From Macrostomum lignano (Eukaryota), in the NCBI GenBank assembly GCA_002269645.1, contig NIVC01000672.1, positions 372,001 through 436,000 on the forward strand: a stretch of DNA of 64,000 nucleotides, in the 5' to 3' direction. Below the pieces are notes generated by a model. That model was not told where the DNA came from. It saw only the letters and a program-made list of their open reading frames with translations, and searched no databases. This document shows positions 22,262 to 34,877 of the stretch, one piece after another. A program made the translations under genes and the position numbers. Numbering within the stretch: the first letter of the stretch is position 1; each line of letters begins with the position of its first letter.

Positions 22262-23074
22262 CAAGCTATTCGTCTCCATACGCAGACTAGAGCTAGTAGT
22301 AATAACTTTAACAGTTATTCAAAATATTTCCATGGCTATGGCGGCGTACCAGAATTAATTTTTACAAAATAGCAACCGCACAAAATTGCTTCTAAATTTG
22401 TCCTACATTGATGACACAGGAACAGTGTTGTAATAGAATGCACTGCTGCTGACACACATTCACTAGAGTAGGCTATGGTTCTACCAGCTAATTACGTAAT
22501 ATAAGCTCTCTATCCTTCCCTGTGTTCCTGACAAGAGTTCATTACACGAAGAGACAATTATCGTCAGCTAAGCTTAAAGCAGGCTTTGCTCGACTTTTGC
22601 TCAACTTCTTGTGAGCTGAATATAACTTCCGGGGCTCCTGCGCCGGAAGGACCTTCTATGCTCTTTGATGCCGTTGAAAAAATGAATCTGCCTTTAGCGT
22701 TCAAAACACAATAGGCGTTGCTTGGATCGAGACAGCCAAACTGCAATAAGCTTTATTTTTCCCCGGAACAGAACCCTCTCTCCTGCGCAAGCACTGCACT
22801 GCTCAAAAATATCTGTAGGAGAGACCCATGCAGCTCAGCCTTGCAGGTTATGGAAACGCGGGAGAGCGCCACCACTGACTGCTGTTGGACCTCTTCACCC
22901 ATTTCTCTCTACCAGGCCCTCTTACTGGACACGCGCTCACGTCACTTCTTAGAAGCACGTCTCCACTAACGAGGTTCAAAAGTCTACTTCTGTTTTCAAC
23001 TTCTCTAACGCTAAAATTTTTATTTATTGAATACTTGTACAAGGAGTAGGTTAGGTTTAAGGCGTGCATGAGAG

Positions 23075-23177
<103 letters not shown>

Positions 23178-23249
23178 TGCAGTCTGCAAATCCCCGACCA
23201 AATTACAGCTGCAGGTAGAGCAGCGCTAAATTTATATAATCGATTGTCT

Positions 23250-23500
23250 TCTTCACAAACACCATCGCCCAATGCAAGTTCTCACCTGTGGCCGCTGGAG
23301 CTGAGATGCTTTGGTTGCGATCCGCTACAAGAGATCCAACTGGAAATCGGAAATCAGATTGTTGAATTGGTTAGAATTGGATAGAGGTCAGGGCTGGCTA
23401 ATAGAGAGATGGGTTGAAGCGCACGGAGCCCCTCGGCATACTGTATGTCTCCATGCTGATGACAGCTGCTAATGAAAGCCATCATCAAGCTCTTCGTCTC
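23250..23500 (-). pseudogene. Relic of B-type exons 1-2 (a second relic lies at about 43500-43750)
   Basis: Reads MMAFISSCHQHGDIQYAEGL then LGSLVADRNQSISAPAAT with the B-type donors/acceptors; the next exon runs into a (CT)n tract. The 43.7-kb copy has an early TAG. Confidence 0.55.
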
Positions 23501-24480
23501 CAAAGGCACACTAATCTAGTTTTCGGATGGAGTCTCTGCCCTGATTCTAATTTTGTACTACATTTATAACACAAGGACAGTGTTGCAATAGAATGCACTG
23601 CCAACCGACACATTTACTGAAGTAGGCTCAATACACGAAGAGACAATTACGCTCGTATGGACAGCTGAGCTTAAATCACGCTTTGCTCAGCTTTTGCTCA
23701 CCGGTTTCAGCCATAACTCGTGCGGCTCCTGTACCGGAAGAACTTTCCGTGCTATTTGAACGGAAAGGTGCGTCTTTAGCGTTCAAGACACAACAGGCGT
23801 TGCTTGGGTCAAAACAGTCAAACTGCAATATGCTTTATTTTGCTCCGAAAAAAAGAGAACTCTCTCCAGCGCAAGCGCTTCACTCAAAAAAATCTGGAGA
23901 AAAAACCCCATATATGGCAAGCCACGGGAACGCGGCTGACTCAGTCAGCTTCTCTTTAACGGACACACATTCGGCTGGTTAAACTGTGCAGTAGTAGAGA
24001 AATGAGGGTGAATGTACTTGTACAGAGGGGGGGGGCAATGCAGCTGTTTCAGAGCATTTTCCCAGGCTAGCCATGCAGTCCACTAAACAAAAAATACGTG
24101 GCTAGCCAGGTGGCTCCACCGTGGGTCCACCTTGGCTAGCCCTTGCACCCGTGGACTCGGGGGATCCAATGAGTGAGTCAGACAGTTTCCCACGCTAAAA
24201 ATAGCTTGTTAACGGGACCCAGCAAGGCGGCTGTGGAGAAGCAGACGCCAGAACTTGACTCGTATTGGTTGGCAAGATACATGGCACTAATTCAAAAAAA
24301 AGAAAAAAATTTTTTTTGGCTTTATCGCGTGAGAACTAAATGCATTGACCTTGCCAGGGCGCTAAAATAGGCGCACAAAGGCTGAAATTGGCGCCGGTAT
24401 TTTAAAATCGGCGCCAAAAAGTAGCAAGCTGATATATGCTGCCACTTCTACGCCCGTTGGCACATTCCAGCGCTGATTCG

Positions 24481-24850
24481 GCGATCCTGGCGCCAAATTT
24501 AGCTTCCGGCGCCAATTCGAGCTTTCCCGCGCCAATTTGAGCTTTCCAGCGCTAGTTTGAGCTTTCCAGGACTATTTTGGGTCCTCTCGAGCTGATTTCA
24601 GCATTTTGGCCATCCTGGCGCAAATTTGGGGATCCTGGCGCCAAATTTAGCTTTCGGCGCCGATTCGAGCTTTCCCGCGCCAATTTGAGCTCTCCAGCGC
24701 TAGTTTGAGCTTTCCAGGGCTAGTTTGGGTCCTCTCGAGCTGATTTCAGCATTTCGGCGATCCTGGCGCAAATTTGGGGATCCTGGCGCCAAATTTAGCT
24801 TTCGGCGCCAATTTTGGGGGTCCTGGCGCCAAATTTGACCTTAGGCGCCA
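24481..24850. repeat. About 148-bp tandem repeat (about 2.4 copies) rich in GGCGCC motifs
   Basis: GATCCTGGCGCCAAATTTAGC recurs at about 24483, 24632 and 24779. Confidence 0.75.
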
Positions 24851-25382
24851 ATTGAGACGAATACTGAGTCCACCAGTATTTTATGAACGAGAAAAGTTTT
24901 GCCAAGAATTAAAACAGTAAATTTGCTTTAAATTTGTGAAGAGTACGATAACTTCATGGCCTACAACGCGGCTTAGACCACCGGAAATATGGCTGTAATA
25001 TAACAAATGTAACTATAATGAATATAATTATTCATTATAGTTAATGAATATATAATGAAGAGAAAAAAGAATAAATTATTCTTCTTAGACAGAGCAGCAC
25101 TTGGTAAAAGTATTTGGTTTTTTGTCTGCTAAAACATTTACCCAGCGCCTAGGTGCATGTAGATAAGTAGCTGCTGCAAAAGCCGTCTGTCTGTCTGTTG
25201 ATCTGTCTGTATGACAAAGCTGTTAAAAGTCCTTTTGCAGTTTTTTACATGCAGTGTCTGGGTGTCTTGCGCAAAATGAGTGACAGACAAACTTATGTAT
25301 TATTCTGGGAACTGTCCGTATGTGAATTACGAATTTGTATGTAATTCGAATTCTGTTCGCGGCTATATACGAAATCTTTTTC

Positions 25383-25700
25383 CTTTCATTCATTCATTCA
25401 TTCATTCATTCATTCATTGATAAGTAATGAGCAAACGAAGGCCCTGCGCTTCAGCCCTGAGGGGGCTCTTACGCAATTGATGTATTTTGGTTTCCAATTA
25501 GTGCGATACTTTAGTATTTTAGTGATCGAGTTTAGAAAAATAAAACAGATTAAATCAGTACAGTAGTAAAACTAAGTAAAACTATAAGAGTCAAATCAAT
25601 TAAATTCAATAAAAGCTCTCCCCCCTACCCCCATGGGCGAGCCTATAGTAGTGCCATGTCTTGGTGGCTTGGTGAACCTCGAAAATATACTGTATTTGTA
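25383..25700 (-). mobile_element. Possible 3' end of a LINE/SINE with an (AATG)n tail
   Basis: A short GC-rich hairpin-like segment is followed by (AATG)n on the minus strand; no coding support. Confidence 0.25.
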
Positions 25701-27849
25701 TTTTTCACTCTAGCTTTCGAGCTTATGAAGTCGCCTGCTAAAATTTTCGAGGATATGAAATTTCGAGCTTATGAAGTTTCGGGTTTGTGAAAGTGGCTGC
25801 TAAAATGGTTTTCGAGGTTGTGAAATTTCGAGCTTGTAAAATTTCGAGCTTATGAATATGAAGTCGGCTGCTGAAATTTTCGATGTTGTGAAATTTCGAG
25901 CTTATGAAAATAACTGGTTTCGATGTTGTGAAATTTCGAGCTTGTGAAAGCAACCCACGATACAGTCAGATTCAGAGATCCTGTAATTGTTTTGGAGGCT
26001 GATTTCCGTAAAAATACACTGTAGAGAGGAGAATATGTTTTAAGCACAAAATATACTATCCAAAGCATTTCTTTCTGGAGGATGAGGACGAGGACGACCA
26101 TTATTTTAATTTAGCGTGCACAACATGTTACTCTGCTGTATTTTATATACTAATAGTTGCGCGTTAATGAGTTTCATCTTCCTAGTTTTCATTTTTTATA
26201 CTCTATGAATTTATTTTATTTTTGTGTCACTTTTTCACACTTTATATTCTGCATCATATATATACTTGCTTCAAGCTGACGAAGCAAAACAAAATATTTT
26301 AGCTAATAATGTCACTAGTGAGTAATTATAACTTTTGGCTTGTAAAAAAAAATATAGATATATGTTCCTAATATATATTAGGAAAAAACTTTTTTAACAC
26401 TTACATGTATAAAATACAACAGACTGACATCTTTTGCATCCTAAATTAAAAGAATGGTAATCTTCATTAACAGAGATCAAATGCTATCGTTTGATTTTGT
26501 GATGCAAAAATGACTTTTTTTCCTGTCTCCGCAGTGTAATGTTTTAATGATGTTAGCCTCCAAAAATTATAAAATTGCACGGCCAATGTGCTGCTAGTGG
26601 TATTGAGAAAGTGTCTGAATAATTTTACTTTACTTTAAAACCGTGTTAAATGCTTGAAAATTGACAATACCAATAGTATCGCTACATTCTCATATGAACT
26701 TTAGAAATCATAAATTTACGATTCATTAAATTGATGGGTTTCGACCTTTCAGGCCCCTTGTGAGGAAGCCTTCGGGCCTCAGGCCTCAGAAATAAATCAA
26801 TTAGAGTCCTGGCCCCCACTCCTGTCAGATGGTCAGCCCCATGGTAGCTTGATCGTGTGGCGAGCAGTCTAGGTCCTATAGCTAAGAGAGGGACAGCGAG
26901 AGACAAGCAGGGAGAATTTTGAAGGTAGAAATTAGCTAATCCGCAGACTAAGCTAACTCGCTGCCACCAGCCCGTGCGTCCTGGCTCACCACACCGGGAC
27001 TCTCGAAATCGGGCTTCCGACTAGAAGGGGCTTTGCACTTACCTGCCAACTAGTGTCTTTTTGCTGTCAATCTCGAAGTCATAGCCGATGATAAGGGACA
27101 CTGCTGGGACTAGATCGCATTGGCCATGCAGGTACAGAGGGGACTTGTGCAGGGGATTCTTGCAGTGGCGAGTCTATGGGGTAGCTACATGTACTATTAC
27201 ATTGCTAAATACGAAGGTATGTACTTTTGGCCTTCAACGCGCCAACTAGCCTCCCATAGCGCTGATGATAGGCTAACTCGAACTTCGGAGACCTCGCATG
27301 ATTCATTACCCGAGCCGCTTGGCTAACCTAGAGTGCACAAAGTACATCTCTGGCGCCGATTCTGCACTTCTGGCAGTTTTGCTCACTGATTTGATTGATT
27401 GATCGACTGAGAACTGCCTGGCCATTGGTCCACTGTGACCGGTGCCTACTAGCTTAGCTACTCATCTGAGCCATCGGCGAACAAAGAAATAAAACCGATA
27501 AAAATAACTGTTAGATTTAACCTTCTTATATCTCTTCACACCTCAGATTGAATTGGAGTTTCAGACTACTAGCAGTATTATTAAGTGATTTCTGCTTCAG
27601 TAACAGCACTACTGAACAAAATGAGCAAAAGTGTGCGCCTAATCCAGCTACTGAAACAGGGGACAGATAGGGGATCACCCAATCAAGCAAGTCTAGGTAG
27701 CCTCTTACCCAACAAATCAGAAACTCAACAGCCGGAGACCAGGCAATCCACAGTGACCGAATCGGCTTGATGCTCCGCAGCCGTAGACCCGGGATGATGC
27801 TGTCACAGTCTTCGCTGATAGCTAGCAGGTGATGATCTTCGCTTGATGT

Positions 27850-28662
27850 TCACTGCTGACGACCGGGGGACTCGTCCTTGATGATGATGGGGGAAGTCTG
27901 GGGGGAAGACAGAAGAAGAGAAGAACTACAATCATCACCTACTGGAAAAAGCTGGTCCGGAAAACAAAACTCGACCCACTCAAGGTAGGACAATACGCGA
28001 ACGACAGGATCAAGTGGAAAGAGATCATCAGGAAAAGAAACGTCGAGTGGGAAAAGATCGAACGGCTGAGATGCAAGGGTGCAGAAAGAGACGACGAAGG
28101 ACGGGAGGAACAAAACCAGCTCAACAGCACTCAAACGGATGAAAACGAACTGACAGGTTTCAGGTGTTGGGAAAAGAACTGCGGTAAAGTATGCAGATCG
28201 AGAGGAGGCTTAGCCATCCACCAAAAAAGAATGCACAAGACCGATACGGGCATAAGAATGAGATGCGAGAGATGCAACAGCGAGTTCAGAACGGAAGCGA
28301 CAAGAAAAAATCACGAGAAATGGTGCACGGGAGGCAGGACGGAAGGCACAAGAAGAGAATGTAACAACTGTAAAAAGTGGATCAGTAAGACTAACTACGC
28401 AAGACACAGGAAGAAGTGCGAGGAGGAGCCCCATGCAATGGAAGGACCGAGGACGAACGACGAAGCGGCGAGAATGATAGCAAGGATCCACAAAAGGAAG
28501 AGAGCAGAATGTCGATACTGTAAGAGATGGCTGTCAGCAACCAACATGGCACGGCACGAGAGAGCATGCGGCGAGTGACAAGAAGAGGAAACGTCCGAAA
28601 CACAGGGTGCCACCTACGCCGGGAGGCGAAAAAAAGGTGGAAGAAGAAGAAGAAGAAGATGG

Positions 28663-28696
<34 letters not shown>

Positions 28697-28802
28697 AATG
28701 ATGATGGTGATCGTGATGGTGATGATGATGATGATGGTTATAATGATGATGATAATGATGATGATGATGATGATGATGATGATGGTTATAATGATTATGA
28801 TG

Positions 28803-28834
<32 letters not shown>

Positions 28835-28930
28835 GATGGTTATAATGATGATGATGATGATGATGATGATGTTGATGGTGATGATGGTGATGGTGATGAT
28901 GATGGTGATGCTGATGATGGTGATGGCGAT
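27850..28930 (+). mobile_element. 5'-truncated non-LTR retrotransposon 3' end (RTE/RTE-X-like) with zinc-finger repeats and a (GAA)n/(GAT)n tail
   Basis: Open frame 27847-28578: RRTTIITYWKKLV..ANDRIKWKEII (post-RT region), then C..C..SRGGLAIH..RMH, CERC..NHEKWC, CNNC..NYARH..C, CRYC..NMARH..C. A (GAA)n/(GAT)n microsatellite follows at about 28640-28930. Confidence 0.55.
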
Positions 28931-29808
28931 TAGATACTTTCTCAGAAATAAAAAGAACGCAATGGAGCAGCAGATTCTGTGGAATAAATAATGATTTAAC
29001 AACAATCGGTTCTACACACGAACTTATGATAAAAAAGTATTATATAACGAAGAAACTGATTTATAGATTTTTATTATTGAAATTAGTTTTCTTTGATTAT
29101 AGATAATCATAAATAGAAAGCAGAATAGCAAAGACTCAAACCAGCACCCGTGCAGTAAAGTACATATTTGAAATGAGTAGCTACCAGCGTATTTTGAATC
29201 AAAAGACAAAATAAAGCAGCTCCGACACCTTATTAGGTTTCTTCACGATTCTTTAATAAAATTGAACTTTGAATCCCTTGAAAAAATTGTCAGAATCGAA
29301 AAATTGGTGGGGATCGCGCGGTGCTTCATTCCCTGCTACCTGCTTAGAGACGATTCCTCGAGCACAGCACAGATTTAGTGCTTCCAGCAACAAAGGCAAT
29401 TAAAACACGAACTTGGCACAGAAACGAAGCAGGCCTCCGTCAATAAAAAAGTGTTTCGAACTTCAATCTACGAGTATATTTGGCTTAAAGCAAACTTAAC
29501 ACGAAAAAGAAAAAAAAAATTCACTGCGAGAAGGCAAAGTGAGCCGCCAGTAGAGCGCGACGGGGGTTTAAAAACACCCCTGCCACCCAAGGGGGGGCAG
29601 GCGGCGATGTACAATCAACGCGCTGGGCACTAAAGCCGGTTTGTGCACTTTCGCCGCACAAACCAGTCCATTAGTGCTTCCAGCAACAAAGGCAATTAAA
29701 ACACGAACTTGGCACAGAAACGAAGCAGGCCTCCAAAGCCAAACACAACGGGGGATAAGAGCAGCAGCTAGGCATTGAGCAAAAAACAAATCAGCGGGAA
29801 GACCACCG

Positions 29809-30855
29809 TCAAAAATGAGCACTAAGGGCGGAAGAAAAATGCAGAGAGGCCGCAGCAGTGGCAACACCCGAGCGGGGCAAGTAGCGCTCCACCGCCGAAC
29901 TCTTCCAGTCGCCGATCCGCTGGATCTCCGCCACCGGCAGGCCCATGCGAGCTGCCCAGGTGGCTCCACCTCGACGCAGGCTGTGAGCCGAGTAGAGCTT
30001 GCCGCCACACCCAGCCCTCTGCAGCTTAGAGTCAAGAAACCGGTCCAAGTCCCGAGCAGCTAGATGGCGCCGCTGTCCATTGCGATCGATGAAGGACCAG
30101 AGTGGCGCCTCGGCCATCGCCAGCTTGTTGACACACAGATGTCGGCGAATCGCCACTACCGGGCAGAGCGCGGGGCAGGCGGGGAACTTCGGAAGCAGGA
30201 CGTGGTGGACTCGATCACGGAACTGAATAGTCTTGCCAAAGTCCACGCTTAAGAGGAGGCCGCAACGGTGAGGTGTCAGATTCTGCACCTTCATCCCACT
30301 ACCCAACTGAGGCGACGATAGAAGGAGTGATGATTTTCGCAGCATTCCCCACCAGGCAGTGATGGTGACCGCCCAGCAGGCCAGTTGCCGATTGTCGCCC
30401 TTGTCAACCAGAGACCAAAGCTTTTGCAGCACCGACGGAGACATTGGTAGCTTCTGGTTGACCTGAAGCCCCAGCGCTCGCTTGCAGCCCCGCAGCAGAT
30501 GCTGGTTGAGGGTGTGCTTCGTCAGGTCCTGAGCGCCGTTCAGCCGAAACCACAGTGAAAGCGAGCTGACATGACCGCGAACGCTACTGTAGGCTCGCAG
30601 GCGCGTGCCCGTGAGGCCAGCCAGGTAGTTTAGCAGCGTGGACACAGTACACCCGGCGGGGTCGAGTCCCTTGGCTGAGCAGTACGCGCGCCAGGACCGC
30701 ACGTGTGAGCTGATGGCGCTTTTCGAGCGGGCCGCGTAGGAGGAACCGAGTAGTTCACGGGCTCGGTGGCTGAGGTGGTCTGGCGCAGTCTGGCGACCTG
30801 AAAACGGAGAAAAGCGGATGTGGCAGCAGAAAGCGTGTGCCGGGAAAGCGAGCAA
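29809..30855 (-). CDS. Ngaro ORF3, tyrosine recombinase
   Basis: WGMLRKSSL (R), GKTIQ (K), HSLRRGGAT (HxxR), GDWKSSAVERY (W, Y); overlaps the ORF2 3' end. Confidence 0.92.
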   Translation of the reverse strand: MLAFPAHAFCCHIRFSPFSGRQTAPDHLSHRARELLGSSYAARSKSAISSHVRSWRAYCSAKGLDPAGCTVSTLLNYLAGLTGTRLRAYSSVRGHVSSLSLWFRLNGAQDLTKHTLNQHLLRGCKRALGLQVNQKLPMSPSVLQKLWSLVDKGDNRQLACWAVTITAWWGMLRKSSLLLSSPQLGSGMKVQNLTPHRCGLLLSVDFGKTIQFRDRVHHVLLPKFPACPALCPVVAIRRHLCVNKLAMAEAPLWSFIDRNGQRRHLAARDLDRFLDSKLQRAGCGGKLYSAHSLRRGGATWAARMGLPVAEIQRIGDWKSSAVERYLPRSGVATAAASLHFSSALSAHF

Positions 30856-32450
30856 TTGGTGAGACGCACCAATGAGCCATAAAAGCGCAGCAAAAAATTC
30901 AACAACTGACTGCCCTCGTGCAGCCGAGACGCGGCGTCAGCAAAAATTTGAAACGGCCCTGGCACATGGTAAGCACGCAGCTGAATGTTCTGACGAATGC
31001 AAAGCAGCGCCACCGTCTGCAACAGCCTCAACACCAGAGGGCACTTGGAGACCCCATTGTTGATAATACAGCACGCTGCCATATTATCGCAGTAGATGCA
31101 CAGCCGACAGTTGTGCAGGCGGTCCCGCCACGACAGCAACGCCATCAGAGGCATCACAGCCTCCTTGTAATTGATAGGCAGATCCCGAAAAACAGCATCC
31201 GCGTCGAGATCCCAATTAACGTAGCGCCAGTCACTCACGCCCCCCGGCAACCGCAGCACGGCAGCGCCGCCCACCAGGCAGGCGTCCGACTCGATCGCGG
31301 CATCGAAGTCGCCATTGAACCAGAGAGTCTTCCACCTTTGAGCTAGCAGAGCACACTTCCACCAGCGCAGCTGACTACGCAGGGCCGCATCCACCTCATC
31401 TTGCTGACCGACGGCCAAATTGTTAGAGCGCGAAATCAGGTCCTGAAGAAAGGGGCGACCGCATTCGATCACCTGCGAAGCCCACACCAGCCTGCCGATG
31501 ATCTGCTGTAAACTTTGCTTGCTGATGCGATCCTTGGCAGCAGCATCGTCCAGTTGCTCTAAAAGTTTCTCCACTTTCTCGTCTGAAAGCCGCTTCAGGC
31601 CCTTGACGGTGTCGAGCTCCACACCGAGAAACGTCATCCTTTGCGAAGGCCGCTGACACTTCGTCCAATTCACGGTGAAGCCCAGTCTGGTCATCAGAGA
31701 CGTCAACACATTAAAGAAGGCCTCGCACTCGTTTTGCAAACCGCAAAAGGCAAAATCGTCCAGATAGGCCTCAGTATTGACGAAGCCGCGGTGCACCATC
31801 ATCAACTTGACCGCCTCGCTGAGATGATAGAAAGCCGTGACGGAAGCAGCAGCACCAAATGGCAGGCGCGTGTCCACCATGTAGGTGTCGCAAGCATCGC
31901 TACCTAGCCGAAACTTCAAACCGGTAAACTTTTGGTCGTCAGGATGGATCCCACATGAACGATAGGCTTCGCTTAGATCGACCTTGCACATAAAGTAATT
32001 CTTCTTAAGCCTCTTAGCAAAGTTCTGGACACAGGTGAAACGCAGTCTCTGCTCGCTCTCGTAAGCGGAGTTGACAGACTTCCCTTGCGGCCGGCTGCAG
32101 TCATGGATTAAGCGAACGCCACCGTTGGACTTCGGCAGCGCACCAAGGGCGCTGACTATGCGAGGTTTGTCACCAGCAGCACAGAGACGATAACGACCGA
32201 GACGAAGCTCATTAGCAATCTGACGCGCAACTCTGTCATGGTGCTTAAAAACCGATGAGTAGTTTGCCACTTCAACCAGCTCGTTGCCATGCATCTGACG
32301 ATTGGTGATGCGAAAGCCACTAGCAACGCCATCAAGGATAAAAGCCATCCGACCGGGCGGGAGATCCAGCTTGGACAACTCCGCCTGCCACTGGGCCAGA
32401 TTGAGATCAGAGGATAAAACAGGAGGAATAAAATTCGCGCTATGATCGAG
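30630..32450 (-). CDS. Ngaro ORF2, reverse transcriptase + RNase H
   Basis: RLIHDCSRP, KVDLSEAY, RLPFG, YLDDF, TFLGVELD, IESDAC, INYKE, YCDN, FADAASR. The frame is open from the codon right after the ORF1 stop. Confidence 0.92.
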   Translation of the reverse strand, partial: LDHSANFIPPVLSSDLNLAQWQAELSKLDLPPGRMAFILDGVASGFRITNRQMHGNELVEVANYSSVFKHHDRVARQIANELRLGRYRLCAAGDKPRIVSALGALPKSNGGVRLIHDCSRPQGKSVNSAYESEQRLRFTCVQNFAKRLKKNYFMCKVDLSEAYRSCGIHPDDQKFTGLKFRLGSDACDTYMVDTRLPFGAAASVTAFYHLSEAVKLMMVHRGFVNTEAYLDDFAFCGLQNECEAFFNVLTSLMTRLGFTVNWTKCQRPSQRMTFLGVELDTVKGLKRLSDEKVEKLLEQLDDAAAKDRISKQSLQQIIGRLVWASQVIECGRPFLQDLISRSNNLAVGQQDEVDAALRSQLRWWKCALLAQRWKTLWFNGDFDAAIESDACLVGGAAVLRLPGGVSDWRYVNWDLDADAVFRDLPINYKEAVMPLMALLSWRDRLHNCRLCIYCDNMAACCIINNGVSKCPLVLRLLQTVALLCIRQNIQLRAYHVPGPFQIFADAASRLHEGSQLLNFLLRFYGSLVRLTNCSLSRHTLSAATSAFLRFQVARLRQTTSATEPVNYSVPPTRPARKAPSAHTCGPGARTAQPRDSTPPGVLCPRC

Positions 32451-33512
32451 TCAGTGTTGCGGTTTCTCCTCACCGCTCGATTCGTCGCGGTGGAAGGCTG
32501 CCTCAGAGTGCGCCAGGCCGCATCTTCGGCAGCGATGCAGGAACCGACAGCTCTTGCGTTCGCACCCGCGTATCCTGTTGTAGTCGAAGCAAACCAGTTG
32601 ATTGCGCTTCTGGGCACCACCCCCCGATTGCTGCTTCTGGGGAGCCATGAGGTACGCCGCAACCAGACTCAGGTCCGAGCTGTGCGACTCCCACTTGCCA
32701 TCAGACGTTTGGCTGAGCCGGCACTCGTCATCAAATCTCATCACACGGCTCTTGTCGAAGCCCAGGTCCAACAACTCGCCAATGCGTGCGGTGTACCTGA
32801 GATAGTCTCTGAGCTCTGCCACATCCAATCGACCATGCTGATCCAGTCTGACTAGACGCCCGTCAGTCAGCATCTGAAGCATCGCCTGCGCATTGCCCGT
32901 CACCCAATCGCCTAACGACAGCGCCTCGACCGCCACTTCTTTAGACTTACTCTGGCCTAGAAGACACTGCTTGCGCTTGCTGACGAAGTCAACGATTCGG
33001 TAGACGCTACTGGTACTTCTCCCTGAGGCTCCCATGTTCTCATGCTGCTGCCCAACTTCATGCTGCACACATCCAGTTAGGCAATTTAGCAACTCACCCG
33101 GTACATCACGTGCCTCAGAACGGCCGACCCGTAGCTGCGCGAACTCGGATTCCAGCTGCGCTTCTTCTTTGCGCAGCTTCAGCAGACGGATTCGCTTCTC
33201 CGCCTCCAGCAGCTGTTCGTCCAGGCCGCCAGCCGCGCCAGACCCACCGTTCTCGACCTGTCGCCGATTTGGGGGGCTGCCCCCGCTGCTCGCTACCGCC
33301 GAGTTCTGCCCTGTAGCTCGCAGAATGGCCTGAACGTTCGTCAGCTCGTCACTCTCGACAGAGGTCTCCACGTCTTGAATATGGGCGCGAAGCCTTTGGA
33401 CTAGTTTTGCTTTGTTGCCAGAGGTTGGCAAACCAAGCTCCTTTAGTTTCCCTCGCAGTGCTGGCACAGTTGTGGGGACGGAATCGGCTGACTGGCTACG
33501 GGTGCGGTTCAT
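32451..33512 (-). CDS. Ngaro ORF1 (gag-like) with N-terminal SAP-like motif and C-terminal CCCH-type zinc finger
   Basis: TVPALRGKLKELGLPTSGNKAKLVQRL; CFDYNRIRGCERKSCRFLHRCRRCGLAH. Confidence 0.85.
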   Translation of the reverse strand: MNRTRSQSADSVPTTVPALRGKLKELGLPTSGNKAKLVQRLRAHIQDVETSVESDELTNVQAILRATGQNSAVASSGGSPPNRRQVENGGSGAAGGLDEQLLEAEKRIRLLKLRKEEAQLESEFAQLRVGRSEARDVPGELLNCLTGCVQHEVGQQHENMGASGRSTSSVYRIVDFVSKRKQCLLGQSKSKEVAVEALSLGDWVTGNAQAMLQMLTDGRLVRLDQHGRLDVAELRDYLRYTARIGELLDLGFDKSRVMRFDDECRLSQTSDGKWESHSSDLSLVAAYLMAPQKQQSGGGAQKRNQLVCFDYNRIRGCERKSCRFLHRCRRCGLAHSEAAFHRDESSGEEKPQH

Positions 33513-34877
33513 GACTCAGCAAAAGTTTCTATTTCTAAGTCAAAAAAATTCACTGCGAGAAGGCAAAGTGAGCCGCCAGTAGAGCGCGACGGGGGTTTAA
33601 AAACACCCCTGCCACCCAAGGGGGGGCAGGCGGCGATGTACAATCAACGCGCTGGGCACTAAAGCCGGTTTGTGCACTTTCGCCGCACAAACCAGTCCAG
33701 TTAACCCTGCCGAATAGAAACTGCTCAAGGAAGTGGCGTGCACGGGTGTTCCAGCCCACGACTGAAGCACCAGGGGAGAATGGCATTAGTCAAAAAGTGT
33801 ATTAATGGCAGAGGAAAATTATTAACTTCAATTTTTAGCTTATAAAATAGCTAAATGTAACTAACAAGCAAAAACTACAATTGCAAAGTTATAAGAAGCA
33901 AAATCAGACACAAAAGGTGCTCAAGAGGGTTTAAAGCCAAGAAAGTCTCACACAGACACGCGACACATGCTAGCTAAATACAATGTAAGGTAATGCGATA
34001 TAATATATAATAAATTATAACTGCAATATAATGCCGCCATTATCTTAGGAATAAATCATTTTTTAAATTTGAAAACATGCATTGACCTATTTGACAGAAA
34101 CATTGTTTCATAAAAATCTGCTTATAAATACCATTTTTACTGGAGAATCAATCAAATTGCTCAGGCTTTAATAAACTTTGTACTCTTTCCCCGCCCTGTT
34201 AAAGTGAGGAATTCGTTTCAAATTTCATGCTTTATGTAAAAGAATGATTTGATAATATTTATTTCAAATTTTGGCAGTGACGCATGCTAGTCAACTGATT
34301 TTTGTTTGTGTGCAATTGCGTGATAGCATGGCAATACCTAAAAAACCTGCACAGCTGTACTCATGTTTAATATACATATGCTGGGGCTAATTGATTGGGG
34401 AACCAACTGAAATGATAAACTATGCTGTCTTATTTGAAGAGTTTATATTAATTACTTTGTGAATTATCTGATATAAAGATTCCAATCGATTTTTTACTTT
34501 ATTTTTACAAAGTATACTTAGTGATAGCAATAACTGAAGAATTAGCAATCGAAAAAGCAAGTCTTGTAAGCTGAGCATTTGATTTGATCTTCAGAGTAAG
34601 ATTAAGCCTTGAATGAGAGCGTAAACAAATCATGCAAATATTTTTAAGTCAAGATTACGCCACGCTCGCTCACACCGCTATAAAATTGCGGCACTGGAAA
34701 AATCTGAAAAGCCGCGTGATTACATTATTAAGCTTGACCTGATTTTAAGGTGCGGTGTGAATGAGCATCAACACTATAAGCAAAGGGTAAAGGACATGCT
34801 TTGTCAGTCAGTTGTAGCTATTATTAGTTTTATTTGCTTTTAAATTGTTCTGGCCTTTCCTCAGGCTCCTCAGTCCA

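Larger units (their letters stand above)
29375..33699 (-). mobile_element. Ngaro-type (DIRS order) tyrosine-recombinase retrotransposon with split direct repeats A1-ORFs-B1-A2-B2
   Basis: A1 33542-33699 = A2 about 29513-29670; B1 29671-29734 = B2 29375-29438. The repeat pairs look identical by eye, and the gag, RT/RH and YR ORFs are intact. Confidence 0.92.

Noticed and set aside
22560-22980. Short ORFs in the repeated upstream module as a real gene
   Set aside because: Stops and frames are not conserved among the four copies.
26735-26790. Hammerhead-ribozyme-like stem (GGCC-TGAAA-GGTC-GAAAC) on the minus strand
   Set aside because: The catalytic core CTGANGA is replaced by CTCACAA and there is no proper cleavage triplet or stem III; at best a dead relic.
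28391-29005. Poly-Met, poly-Asp and poly-Ile ORFs
   Set aside because: Translations of the (GAT)n microsatellite.
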